From an uncultured Acidobacteriota bacterium (GTDB lineage Bacteria > Acidobacteriota > Thermoanaerobaculia > UBA5066 > Gp7-AA6), in NCBI GenBank assembly GCA_963782815.1, contig CAWALG010000041.1, positions 11,127-75,126 on the forward strand: a DNA stretch of 64,000 bases, written 5' to 3'. Shown one piece after another: positions 48,313-57,680 of this stretch. The translations under genes were made by a program, and so were the position numbers. The notes below the pieces were generated by a model that worked only from the letters and a program-made list of their open reading frames with translations, ran no database searches and was not told where the DNA came from. Numbering within the stretch: position 1 is the first letter of the stretch; each line of letters begins with the position of its first letter.

Positions 48313-49129
48313 TTAGACGACATTCTCAGCGAGTAAGAACTCAAGGCTCTTCTCGCCATGGCAACGAATAAGGCTTTCATCGTCCGATCGATCCAGTTGG
48401 AGGAACGCCACGCCGGCGAGCCGAAATGCCGAGGTTTTCCAGCCCATCTCGCCACGCCTGGATTGAGCATAAAGCGGGATTCGCCACAGGCCGGAGCCGC
48501 TGATTCCACCATATGAACGAGGCAAGGCAGGCCGCCTATGCCGGTCTAATCTGAGGTCATGGTAGTCAAAGCCATTCGTGTAATTTGTCTTCACCTCCCA
48601 CGTGTCAAAAAGAGTGAGATTGAGCACAGCATCGTCAGGACCTAAAACCGATCGTTCCGCGGGAGCCCCAAGGACCGTCCACAGCGTGCTTTGCTCAGCA
48701 CCGGAATGGACGGGGGGTCCGGGCGATGCCGGTCGAGGTCGTAGAAGGCCTTCAACTGCTGAATATCCCTGGCAACCAGATTTGGAATGCGAATCAAGGC
48801 GAGATCGGGTCCCCAGTCACCTGAACCGGGACCGATGATCTTCGGCTCGGTGAAATCGCGACTGATCGAAAGCATTACCGTTCGGCTTCCAACGAGACTG
48901 CGAACTCGCCTCCCTGGAGCTCCTTCCAAACGTGGGCGGCGGTAAGAAGGTAGAACTTGCCTTTGGTAGTGACGCAGGTTGCGGTGCCCGAATGGGCAGG
49001 CGGATTTCGATCCAGCCGAAAGACTGAAACCGTGCAGATCCAGAGCTTCTCCCGGATTTCGTCCAGGATCACTCCGGGCGGTTGAGCAGGAGACTCGGTA
49101 GTCAAGCTCGGACCTCCCTTCATCGGCAC
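48313..49129 (-). CDS. trypsin-like (S1-type) serine protease without signal peptide, at least 2 frameshifts
   Basis: ORF 48875..49129 (…KFYLLTAAHVWKEL…, His), ORF 48642..49151 (…WGPDLALIRIP…, Asp) and ORF 48313..48627 (…YGGISGSGLWRI…, Ser). Confidence 0.6.
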
Positions 49130-49462
49130 TGTGATTCACGGCAGGCGTCAAACATCTTGCGGCTCAGCGGCGGGCGCAGCGGAGCGGAGCGAATTCGCTG
49201 AAGCCGTGGGTTCGGCGAGAGCCGGTTGATGAGACGGAACATGGCTGGACGATACGCCTGGGCCGAGCTGCTGTTCAATGGGCCGGCGCCTGAGCTGCGC
49301 GGAAACCGTTGAGGCAGAAGGGCCGGGGCGCTCCTGCGGCGCGATCTCTGCCGGCGTGGCCAGGAGGGAACGGAAGCGCGATGCTGGTGCGGCCACGTTA
49401 CCGGCTATCTAAAAGGGGAAGACGCCCGTCTGTCATTGCCAAGCAATCTCAACGGTGAAGGC

Positions 49463-49491
49463 TTGACAATAACCGAAACGTTTAGGATAAT
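49463..49491 (+). promoter_or_regulatory. near-consensus sigma70 promoter TTGACA-N17-GATAAT
   Basis: Read directly. GTG 49499 lies 8 nt after the -10 element, so the transcript would be leaderless or nearly so. Confidence 0.6.
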
Positions 49492-49498
49492 CGCGAGA

Positions 49499-49672
49499 GT
49501 GAGAGAAACGAAAGCGGTCAGAAGCGAAGCGGCAAGGCTGCTCGGGAAGCGGAGTTACCGCGTGAGGCTCGCTCGCTTCGGGATCGAGCGGCTCCGTGAG
49601 ATCGCAAGGGAGAACGGGAAGAAGGGCGGACGGCCGCCGAAGAAGAGGGAGGCGAAACGTGAAGATCTCTGA
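49499..49672 (+). CDS. small basic DNA-binding-like protein upstream of the integrase
   Basis: In frame with ORF 49436..49672, from GTG 49499: VRETKAVRSEAARLLGKRSYRVRLARFGIERLREIARENGKKGGRPPKKREAKREDL. Confidence 0.45.
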   Translation: MRETKAVRSEAARLLGKRSYRVRLARFGIERLREIARENGKKGGRPPKKREAKREDL

Positions 49673-50873
49673 GACGGGGATTCCTGGAGTCTGGAAGCGG
49701 CACTACCCGAACGGCCGAGAGCGGTTCGGTTGGACGGCGGTTTACGGCGGCCGAACGTATCGCCGGATCTCGAAGAGGAGCACGCTCCGCGGAGCCGTGG
49801 CGGAGCGGGAGAAGGCGATCGCGCAGGCTCGCGGCGGGCCTGCCGGTGGACGAGAAGCCCCAGGGTCCGCCCTACACGGTCAAGGCGGCCGTGGCCGACT
49901 ACCTCAAGGCTTGCGAGAACCTCCGCTCCCGTCGCCGGTACGCGGGCCACGCGGAGGAGCTGACGCGGTATTTCGGGGATCTGCCGGTGAGCGATCTCTC
50001 CCAGGTTGCGGTTGCTGGCTTTCGGAAGAAGCGGGCGGAGGAGAAGCCGGTTGAGGAGAAGCAAGCAGCGGGGGAGCAAACGGAGGGCGAGCCGAAAGAG
50101 AAGAAGCGCACGAAGAAGGGGGCGAGCCCGGCCACGATCAACCGGGATCTCTCCTTCCTGAGAGCGGCTCTGAATCACGCTCGCGGGGAGGGAAGGATCG
50201 AAGGCTCTCACTACTTCGCGGACCTCGCGGAAGGCGGATCGGCGGAAGGTGTTCGCCGAGGAGCCAAGGACGGCCGGAATTCGGAGGGTGACGGACAAGC
50301 AATTCTCCGCCGTTGTCGAGAACGCTGCCGGCTGACCTCCGCCCGGTCGCTCGGCTCCTCCTCGCGACGGCGATGCGGAAGGGGGAGGCTCTCGGGCTGA
50401 CGTGGGGAGAGGTTCGCGGCAGGGCGCTCTACCTGACGCGGACGAAGAGCGGGAAGCCTCGCGAGGTTCCTCTGACGGCTGAGGCGGCGGCGCTCCTGCC
50501 CGAGAAGCCGGCGGACGCGGAGGACTCGGATCTCGTCTTTCGCGGGCCGGACGGCGGCGACCTCCGGCATAACTTCGATCGGAGCTGGCGGGCGGCGAGG
50601 GAGGAAGCGAAACTCCCCTGGCTCCGCGTCCATGACCTCCGCCACGAGGCGGCGAGCCGGTTCCTGGAGGCGGGGGCGACCCTCCGGGAACTCCAGGAAC
50701 TCGGGGGATGGTCGAGCCTGGAACTGGTCGAGCGGTACTCGAAGGCGACCCGCGAGCGCATCCGCGAGGCCCTCTCCCGGATGGCTCTCCCGAGCCCGGA
50801 ATCCTCCGCGGAGTGCACCGTGAGTGCACGGGCCGAAGAGGCTCCAAATCGTGACGCTTGGCTAAGTGATTGA
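49659..50873 (+). CDS. tyrosine-type site-specific integrase, about 3 frameshifts
   Basis: GTG 49659 preceded by GAGGGAGG. ORFs 49596..50054, 49846..50400 and 50313..50873 give VKISETGIPGVWKR…YTVKAAVADYLKA…ATINRDLSFLRAALNHA…LLLATAMRKGEALGLTW…VHDLRHEAASRF…LGGWSSLELVERYS. Confidence 0.88.
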
Positions 50874-50876
50874 TTC

Positions 50877-50927
50877 TGTGGAGCCGACGACCGGACTTGA
50901 ACCGGTGACCTGCGGTTTACGAAACCG
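50877..50927. repeat. att site: 51-nt repeat overlapping the 3' part of the intact tRNA-Thr
   Basis: Identical to 43065-43115. Confidence 0.95.
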
Positions 50928-50954
50928 CTGCTCTACCGACTGAGCTACGTCGGC
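50879..50954 (-). tRNA. tRNA-Thr (anticodon CGT), CCA encoded
   Basis: The reverse complement GCCGACGTAGCTCAGTCGGTAGAGCAGCGGTTTCGTAAACCGCAGGTCACCGGTTCAAGTCCGGTCGTCGGCTCCA folds as a cloverleaf. Anticodon loop TTCGTAA. Confidence 0.92.
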
Positions 50955-51031
50955 CCTGCCGAGGAGGGACGGGCGATCTTACGGAAAGCGAGGGGGTCCG
51001 TCAAACGAGGAAGGGAAGAACGTCGGTACGA

Positions 51032-51068
51032 GCGCCCTCACCCCTACCCTCTCCCGGGGGGAGAGGGA
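51032..51068. repeat. GCGCCCTCACCCC...CCTCTCCCGGGGGGAGAGGG hairpin element, copy 3
   Basis: Read directly. It ends 8 nt from the smc stop. Confidence 0.8.
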
Positions 51069-51075
51069 GCAGGAA

Positions 51076-54000
51076 TCAGTCGAATTTGACGGAGACGATC
51101 TTCGAGCAGCCGGGCTCTTCCATGGTCACGCCGTACATGACGTCGGCGGTTTCCATGGTGCGCTTGTTGTGCGTGATCGCGATGAACTGCGTGTCCTCGG
51201 TCATGTCGCGCAGGAGGCGCGTGAACCGGTCGATGTTGGCCTCGTCGAGCGGGGCGTCCACCTCGTCGAGGATGCAGAAGGGGGAGGGCTTGTAGCGGAA
51301 GATCGCCATCAGGAGCGCGATCGCCGTCAGCGCCTTCTCCCCGCCGGAGAGGAGCAGGATCGACTGGTTCCTCTTTCCCGGCGGCTGCGCGACGATTTCC
51401 ACTCCCGATTCGAGCACGTCGTTTTCGTCCAGGAGGCGCATCTGCGCCGCGCCCCCCTGGAAGAGACGCGTGAACATCGCGCCGAAGTTCTGGTTGATCG
51501 CCGTGAACGCCTGCTGGAAACGGGCCGAGGAGGTCGCGTTGATCTTGCGGATCGAGTCCTGCAGGTCCTGGATCGACCGGGTGAGGTCGTCGCGCTGCGT
51601 CGTCAGGAACTCCAGGCGCTTCGCTTCCTCGTTGTACTCGTCCAGGGCGAGCACGTTGACGGGGCCCAGCCTTTCGATCCAGGCCGAGATCTCCGCCGCC
51701 TCGGCTTCGAGGCTCGCCAGGCCTTCCTCCGACGCGTCGGCCGGCGGCTCGAGCTCTCCCGCGGCGACTCCGAACTCTTCCTTCGCCTGCGTTTCCAGGT
51801 GCTCGAGATCGGAGGCGACGCGCGTCTGCGCGACCTCCGCCTCGAAACGGCCTTCCCGGGCCGCGTCCAGGTCCGTCCGGAAGAGACGAGTGGCTTCTTC
51901 CGCCAGGAGCACCCGCGCCGAGGCCTCCGACGCCGCGGCGGCCGCCGTCTCCAGCTCGGCCCGCTTCCCCTCGCGCGCGGCCAGATTGTCGGACCGGCGG
52001 GCGCGGGTCTCGGTCTCTTCCTTCAACAGCTCCTGGCGGCGCGCGGAGAGACGCTGTCCCTCCGTGAGCGCCTCGGTTGCCCGCCGCTCGAGCGCTCCCG
52101 TGGACTCGAGGAGCTTCTGGCGCGCGGCCTCGGTCGAGCGGCGGCGCTCGGCGGCGACCTCGGCCTCGGTGCGGCGGTGGGCCAGCTCCTCGGAGGCGGA
52201 CGTCGCGAGGGCGCGCGCTTCGGGGAGCGCCGCCGCGAAGGCATCGGCGCGCTCGCGGATCACCGCCTCCAGGCCGGCATGACGCCGTTCCTCCTCCTCG
52301 AGCGCCTGGCGGCGTTTCTCGAGCCGGGCGCCCTCCTGCGCGAGAGCGGCCGCCTCGGCTTCGAGAGTCTCGTGCTCCTTGGACAGCCGGACCCGCTCGG
52401 CGTCGCGCTCTTCGAAACGGGCGAGGAAGCCCGAGAGCCGGGCGCTCGCCTGGCGCTGCCGCTCGCGCAGGGCCGGCATCTCCGACTCGCGGTCCAGGCG
52501 GCTGCGCTTGACGTCGGAGAGCGCCCGCTCGAACGCTTCGAGCCGGTCGCGCGCCGCGGCCGCCGCCGCCTCCAGCTCCCGGATCTCCCGCTCGAGCGTG
52601 AAGGGACCCGAGGCCTCGGGGGGAGTGTGCACCGCGCGCACGAGCGAGCCCCTCACGAACTCCCGCGCGCGAGTCACGAAGGTGAAGCGCGGATGCCGCT
52701 CCGCGAGGGCCAGGGCCTCCGCGAGAGTCTCGACGAACGCGGCGGCGGGAAGCGCCGCGCGCTCGGCCGCGGAGAGATCGGCGAAGTTGTTCAGGGCGAT
52801 TTCCCAACCTCCGAGCGCTCCCGCGGGCGCGGTCGCGGAGGTCTCGGCGGTCCAGTCCGCCCGGACCAGGCGAGACACGGGGAGGTGGCGGGCGGCCCCG
52901 ATCGCCCGCGCGGTGTCCCCCGGCGCGAGCAAGGCCTCGGAGTCGTCGCCGAGCAGGAGGTCCACCGCGCCTTCCCATCCTTCGGCCGGACGGAGCCGGC
53001 GCGAGAGCGGACCGCGCTCCGTTATTCCGGCCGCGGAAAGAGCGGCGCCCGCCGCCGCGGCGTTCCCCTCCCGGCTGCGAACGATCTCCCCGAGCGCGGC
53101 AAGACGCGCCTCGACGGCCCCGAGACTCTCGCGGGCCGCGTCTCTCTCGGTTTCGGCCTCGACGTGCGAGGCGGACAGACGAGCGAGCTCCGTCTCCCAC
53201 GACTCGATCTCGAGCTCGGCGGATCGGACCGCGAAGGCGAGCTTCTCCTCCTCCTCCCGCGCGCGGGCGACTTCCTCGTTGCGGCCGGCAAGCTCGCCGC
53301 CGATCCTGGCGCGGGACTCTTCCAGGCGCGCCAGCGACGCCGCCACGCGCGAGGCCTCCACGTCCACCTCGTGCCGGGCGTTGCGCGCCGAGACCCTGTC
53401 TCCGGCGGCGGCGAGGGCCTCTTCCCGCGCGGCCTCGAGTTTTCTCTCCAGTTCCGCGAGCGCGGACGCCGCGGCGGAGGCCCTCTGGTCGCTCTCCTCG
53501 CGCGCGAGCGACCGGGCCCGCGCTTCGACGATCGCCCTCTCCAACCGCTCGCCGAACTCCGTCGAGCTCCCTCGCCGCCGTCGCCTTCTCCACGGAGAAC
53601 TCGCGCCCTTCCCGTTCGAGCGCTTCCAGGCGCGCGATGAGCTCCGCCAGGGAGCGGCGGTTGGCCTCGAGCAGCGCGTCGTCGCGCTCGATCGCGGACT
53701 CGAGCGCGGCGACCGTTTCCCGCAGGCCGTCGCGCGCGGACGCCGCTTCGCCTTCGGACAGGCGCGAGGACGCGAGCTCCGCCTCCGCCCGGGCCAGCGC
53801 CGCGGCGGCTTCGCGCCTCGCGGTCGCGTTTCTGGTCGCGAAGCGTCTCGGCCTGCGCGACGGCGGCGAGCAGCCGGTCGTAGCGCGCCCGGGCGATGGC
53901 CGATTTCTTGCCGCGCAGAGCCGCCGACTTCTCCTTGTAGCGCGCCGCCCGCGAGGCCTGGCGCTTGAGAGAAGCGCAGTTGCGCTCGATCTCCGAGATG

Positions 54001-54625
54001 ATGTCGGAGATGCGGAGCAGGTTCCCCTTCGTCTCCTCGAGTTTCGTCTCGGCCAGCCGCTTCTTCAGCTTGTATCGCGTGATTCCCGCGGCTTCCTCGA
54101 TCAGGCGCCGCCGGTCCTGGGGCTTGGTCGAGAGGACCTGGTCGATGCGGCCCTGCTCGATGACCGAATAGGCCCGCACCCCGAGGCCGGTGCCGAGAAG
54201 CTGGTCCTGGATGTCCTTCAGGCGGACCTGCTTGTCGTTCAGGAAGTACTCGCCGTGCCCCTCCCGGTAGACGCGGCGGCCGATGCGCAGCAGCTCCGGC
54301 TCGGATCCTTCTCGCCGCCGTCGCCGTCGCCGTTCCCGTTGCCGTTTCCATGGCCGTTGCCGCTGGAGGAGAGCGTGAGCGTGACCTCGGCCATCCCGAG
54401 CGGGCGGCGCCGGGCCGAGCCGTTGAAGATGACGTCGTCCATCCGCTCGCCCCGCAGGATCTTGGCGCTCTGCTCGCCCAGGGCCCACGCCACCGCGTCG
54501 CAGATGTTCGACTTGCCGCAGCCGTTGGGTCCGACAACCGCCGTGACGGCATCGGGGAAGGCCAGATCCACCTTTTCGTAGAAGGACTTGAACCCGAGAA
54601 TCTCCACCCGTTTGAGCTTGAGCAT
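51076..54625 (-). CDS. smc: chromosome segregation protein SMC, at least 3 frameshifts
   Basis: N-terminus from ORF 54239..54625 (MLKLKRVEILGFKSFYEKVDLAFPDAVTAVVGPNGCGKSNICDA). Middle from ORF 53022..54638 (…GEYFLNDKQVRLKDIQDQLLGTGLG…). Coiled coil, hinge and C-terminal head from ORF 51076..54552 (…LLSGGEKALTAIALLMAIF…FCILDEVDAPLD…). Confidence 0.93.
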
Positions 54626-54890
54626 CCCTGTCGTTCAATTTAGCAAATCGGAGCGCCGCGTTCTACAAAATCTTGGGGGTCGGCCCCGGTCGAGCCCTAT
54701 ATCTGGTTCTTCCAGAGGCTCCAAGGGGTATCGCCTCTGGCCCCCTCTTCCCGGCCGGCGGGCAGGTGTGTCAGCGCCGAGCTGAGACAGCGACGAAAGT
54801 CCCGCCTCATTCGTATAGAGAAGACGGATCTTGCTCTTTCTCGCACAAAGCGTATAGATTTGCTGTTGCATCAACAAAACCGCGACAACT

Positions 54891-55965
54891 ATGTTGAATC
54901 TGGAAGTCCGTAAGAAAACGGGTGGGGCCGAAATGCATCGCGTCAACGGCGGAGCCGTGACCGTCGGTGCGTCATCGGGCAACGAAGTTGTCGTTCGCGC
55001 CCGAGGTGTCGCAGGCCGTCACGTTCGTATCTTCGAGAAGGACGGCGGCTACTACCTCGATCTCTTCAAAGGCGTCGACGCGGTCTCGGTCAACGGACAG
55101 GTCTTCGCCGGCGGACCGATCGCCCCGGGCGACCGCATCACGATCGGCGAGGCCACCCTCACGATCACGGCCGCGCGTTCGCCGATGCGGCAGACGCCGA
55201 TCGAAGAGCTGAGAGTCGGCGACACGGCCACGCCTCCGGCGGCGATGGCTCCTCCCGACGACCGAAGTCGAATACCGCGGCCTGCGTCTCTCCGTCTACC
55301 GGATCTGCCGGGAAAGCACCGGCGCCGAGCAGCTCGCCACGAGCCTCGTGGACTTCCTCGACCGCGAGTTCGCGCCCTCCGAGTGGGCGGTCGGTGAATT
55401 CACGAGCGCCGCCGGCTTCCGGCCTCTCGCGTCGACGTTTCTCCAGAGCCCGGCGCTGCCTCCGCGCGTTCTCCAGGACGTGGAAGCGGGCGAGCGCGTC
55501 GCGCGCGCCGAGACGGTCACCGGCGTCCTGACGCTCATCGTCGAGCAGCCCCGCGAGGGGCGCGGCTCGCTCGCCATCCTCGTGCGCGAATCCCCGAGGC
55601 TCGCCGCGCGCGCGATCCTGCTCCTGGAAGAGCTCGTGCAGGTTGCCGGGATCGCGGTGGCCGGCGCCGCGGGGCCCGAGGTCCCGCGCGAACGGGAAGG
55701 GCGTCCCGTGCCCGTCGAGATCGTGGCCCGGCCGGACCCGTTGAGCGCGGCCGAGCTGATGCTGCGGGAGACCGACGACCTGAAGAAGATCATGGACACC
55801 ATCACGCGCGAAGTCATCGATCGCGCGATGCGCCGCGTCGAGGGGAACCAGAGCCGCGCCGCCGCCGTCCTCAACATCTCGCGCGGTTCCCTGATCGCGA
55901 AGCTGAAGGAATACCAGGTTCCCGACTACCGGTATCTGCGCCGCGAGCGCTCCCGCCGCCCTTAG
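54891..55965 (+). CDS. FHA domain - central domain - Fis-type HTH regulator, frameshift near 55260
   Basis: ORF 54891..55397 (…VTVGASSGNEVVVRARGVAGRHVRIFEKDGGYYLDLF…, FHA) continues in ORF 55348..55965 (…NQSRAAAVLNISRGSLIAKLKEYQV, HTH). Confidence 0.78.
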
Positions 55966-55996
55966 CGCCGCAGATCGCGCGCGGCGATACTCGCGC

Positions 55997-56092
55997 GGTC
56001 TAAGGTCGTAACGGTCTCGCCAGCGGCCAAGGTCTAAGAGTCTGAGACGTCGCGGCCCAGCCTCCGGGACCTTAGACATTAGACCTTAGACT
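55997..56092. repeat. word-hairpin, GGTCTAAG family
   Basis: GGTCTAAGGTCGTAACGGTCTCG…GGTCTAAGAGTCTGAGACG … GGGACCTTAGACATTAGACCTTAGACTTTC. Confidence 0.7.
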
Positions 56093-56093
56093 T

Positions 56094-56672
56094 TCAGTAC
56101 GCTTCTTTTTCCGGCGCGGGCCGCGGCGGCCGTCTCTCGGCGGCGGTTCGGCGCGTCCAAACACCCACCAGATGGCGAAGGGCGCGGCGAAGCGTCCGGC
56201 GATCTGGTAGAAGTGGAATCCCGCCGCCCAGAAGTTCCTCGCCACGGTGCCGTAGTGCGCGGCGCTCCAGGCTCCGAGGCTCGTGGCGTAGACGGATTGC
56301 ACCTGGAACACGAGGAAGACGACGTGGACGAGATAGAGGCAGAGGAGCGCGAGCAGGAGCCGCGCGAGGCGCTCTCCCTTCCAGAGGCGCGGGGTAAGCG
56401 CGAAGAAAGCGGTGAGGAGGACGAAGTTGAAGTGGAGGTCGGGCGCGGGAAGGCCCGGATGCGGCGCGCCGGGAGGAAAATCCGTCCGGTTGACCAGGAA
56501 CTCGCCGGCCGGGCGCCTCGAGCCGCGTCACCGGGGGCCGCTCTCCGAGGCGGATCAGGAACTCCGCGGCGGGCGCCACGGCCCGCTCGTAGGCATCGCT
56601 GAAGAGAAACCAGACGGCGAGTCCGACCAGGAACCCGACCAGGAGCCGGATCGCCGCCCGGAGGTTGAACAT
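56094..56672 (-). CDS. exosortase-associated multi-TM membrane protein, frameshifted
   Basis: ATG 56672 overlaps the exosortase stop (ATGA). MFNLRAAIRLLVGFLVGLAVWFLFSDAYERAV… joins ORF 56072..56311 (…SLGAWSAAHYGTVARNFWAAGFHFYQIAGRFAAPFAIWWVFG…). Confidence 0.55.
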   Translation of the reverse strand: MFNLRAAIRLLVGFLVGLAVWFLFSDAYERAVAPAAEFLIRLGERPPVTRLEAPGRRVPGQPDGFSSRRAASGPSRARPPLQLRPPHRFLRAYPAPLEGRAPRAAPARAPLPLSRPRRLPRVPGAIRLRHEPRSLERRALRHRGEELLGGGIPLLPDRRTLRRALRHLVGVWTRRTAAERRPPRPAPEKEAY

Positions 56673-57154
56673 CAGCGCCCGGCTCTCTCCTCCGGGGGCG
56701 CGGGCGCGCGGCGCGTCTGGCGCGACGCCCAGAGCAGGAAGAGCAGAACGCCGAAGAGGACGACGACCGACTGCCAGATCACGGTGTGCGACGAATCGAA
56801 GAGAGCCGGCCGGTGCCGGCCGATCCACACGAGCGAGACGACGCGGACGATGTTGACGACCTGGATCGCCAGGAAGCCGAAGAAGAACCCGATCAGCCGC
56901 TGCCGCCACCGCGCGGGGAAGGCGAGGACCGCCGCCGCGAGGAGCAGCGCGGTCTCGACGCCGTTGCATCCGTTCTCGATGTTCACGCCGAAGCCGATCG
57001 CCTGGATCTCCGTGCCGTGCACGGTGACCTTCTCCCCGAGCGCGTTCAGGACCAGCCCGGAGGTGCGCGCGATCCACGCCGTGAAGGGGACGATCACGGC
57101 GTCGTTGACCGGGTGCGACGCGACGATCAGGTAGAAGACCACGAGGAAGACCAC
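56672..57154 (-). CDS. exosortase/archaeosortase family protein (short, 160 aa)
   Basis: ORF 56672..57154. …FGVNIENGCNGVETALLL… (Cys), …LAIQVVNIVRVVSLVWIG… (Arg), …FDSSHTVIWQ… (His). Confidence 0.78.
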   Translation of the reverse strand: MVFLVVFYLIVASHPVNDAVIVPFTAWIARTSGLVLNALGEKVTVHGTEIQAIGFGVNIENGCNGVETALLLAAAVLAFPARWRQRLIGFFFGFLAIQVVNIVRVVSLVWIGRHRPALFDSSHTVIWQSVVVLFGVLLFLLWASRQTRRAPAPPEERAGR

Positions 57155-57218
57155 GAAGCGCGCGAGGAAGCCGAGCGAGCGGCGCCGCGCCGCGGGCGTT
57201 CCGGAGAGCCGCCGGGTT

Positions 57219-57680
57219 TCACGGTGTCTTATCCATGCCTTTCTGGAATTCCACGATCTCCCGGGCCATCTTGCGCAACCCGGCGGGGAGCGTCACGAGG
57301 AGCTCCCCGGAATCCCTGACGACGACCTGCTCCGTCTCGGCGGAGGCGAGCAGCGCCCCGGACTCGCCGCGGATCTCGTAGTCGAGGAGGAAGCGGGCGG
57401 CCTCGGGAGGGCGCAGGCGCGCCGTCACGAGGACGAGGGAGTCGGCGAAGATGGGGGCCCGGTAGCGGATCTCCATTCTCGTCACCGGCACGCGGTAGCC
57501 GATCGAGAGCGCCCGGGTGGCCGTGAATCCGAACCGCGCGGTCAGCGCCTCGCGCGCCTGCTCGAGATAGAGCGCGTAGTGGCCGTGCCAGACGACGCCG
57601 TACGGGTCGCACTCGGCGAAGCGGACGGGGATCTGGACGGAGAAGCCGCGCAGCGGCTCCGGCTTCGGGCGGGCGCTCAC
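57219..57680 (-). CDS. 4HBT/YbgC-type acyl-CoA thioesterase
   Basis: From GTG 57680, overlapping a TGA at 57677. …FSVQIPVRFAECDPYGVVWHGHYALYLEQAREAL…YRVPVTRMEIRYRAP…. Confidence 0.8.
   Translation of the reverse strand: MSARPKPEPLRGFSVQIPVRFAECDPYGVVWHGHYALYLEQAREALTARFGFTATRALSIGYRVPVTRMEIRYRAPIFADSLVLVTARLRPPEAARFLLDYEIRGESGALLASAETEQVVVRDSGELLVTLPAGLRKMAREIVEFQKGMDKTP

Larger units (their letters stand above)
43065..50927. mobile_element. integrated genomic island (about 7.8 kb) in tRNA-Thr(CGT)
   Basis: 51-nt perfect direct repeats at both ends. Tyrosine integrase next to the intact tRNA. Excisionase-like HTH and a DUF3631 gene. Visibly lower GC in several stretches. Confidence 0.85.
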
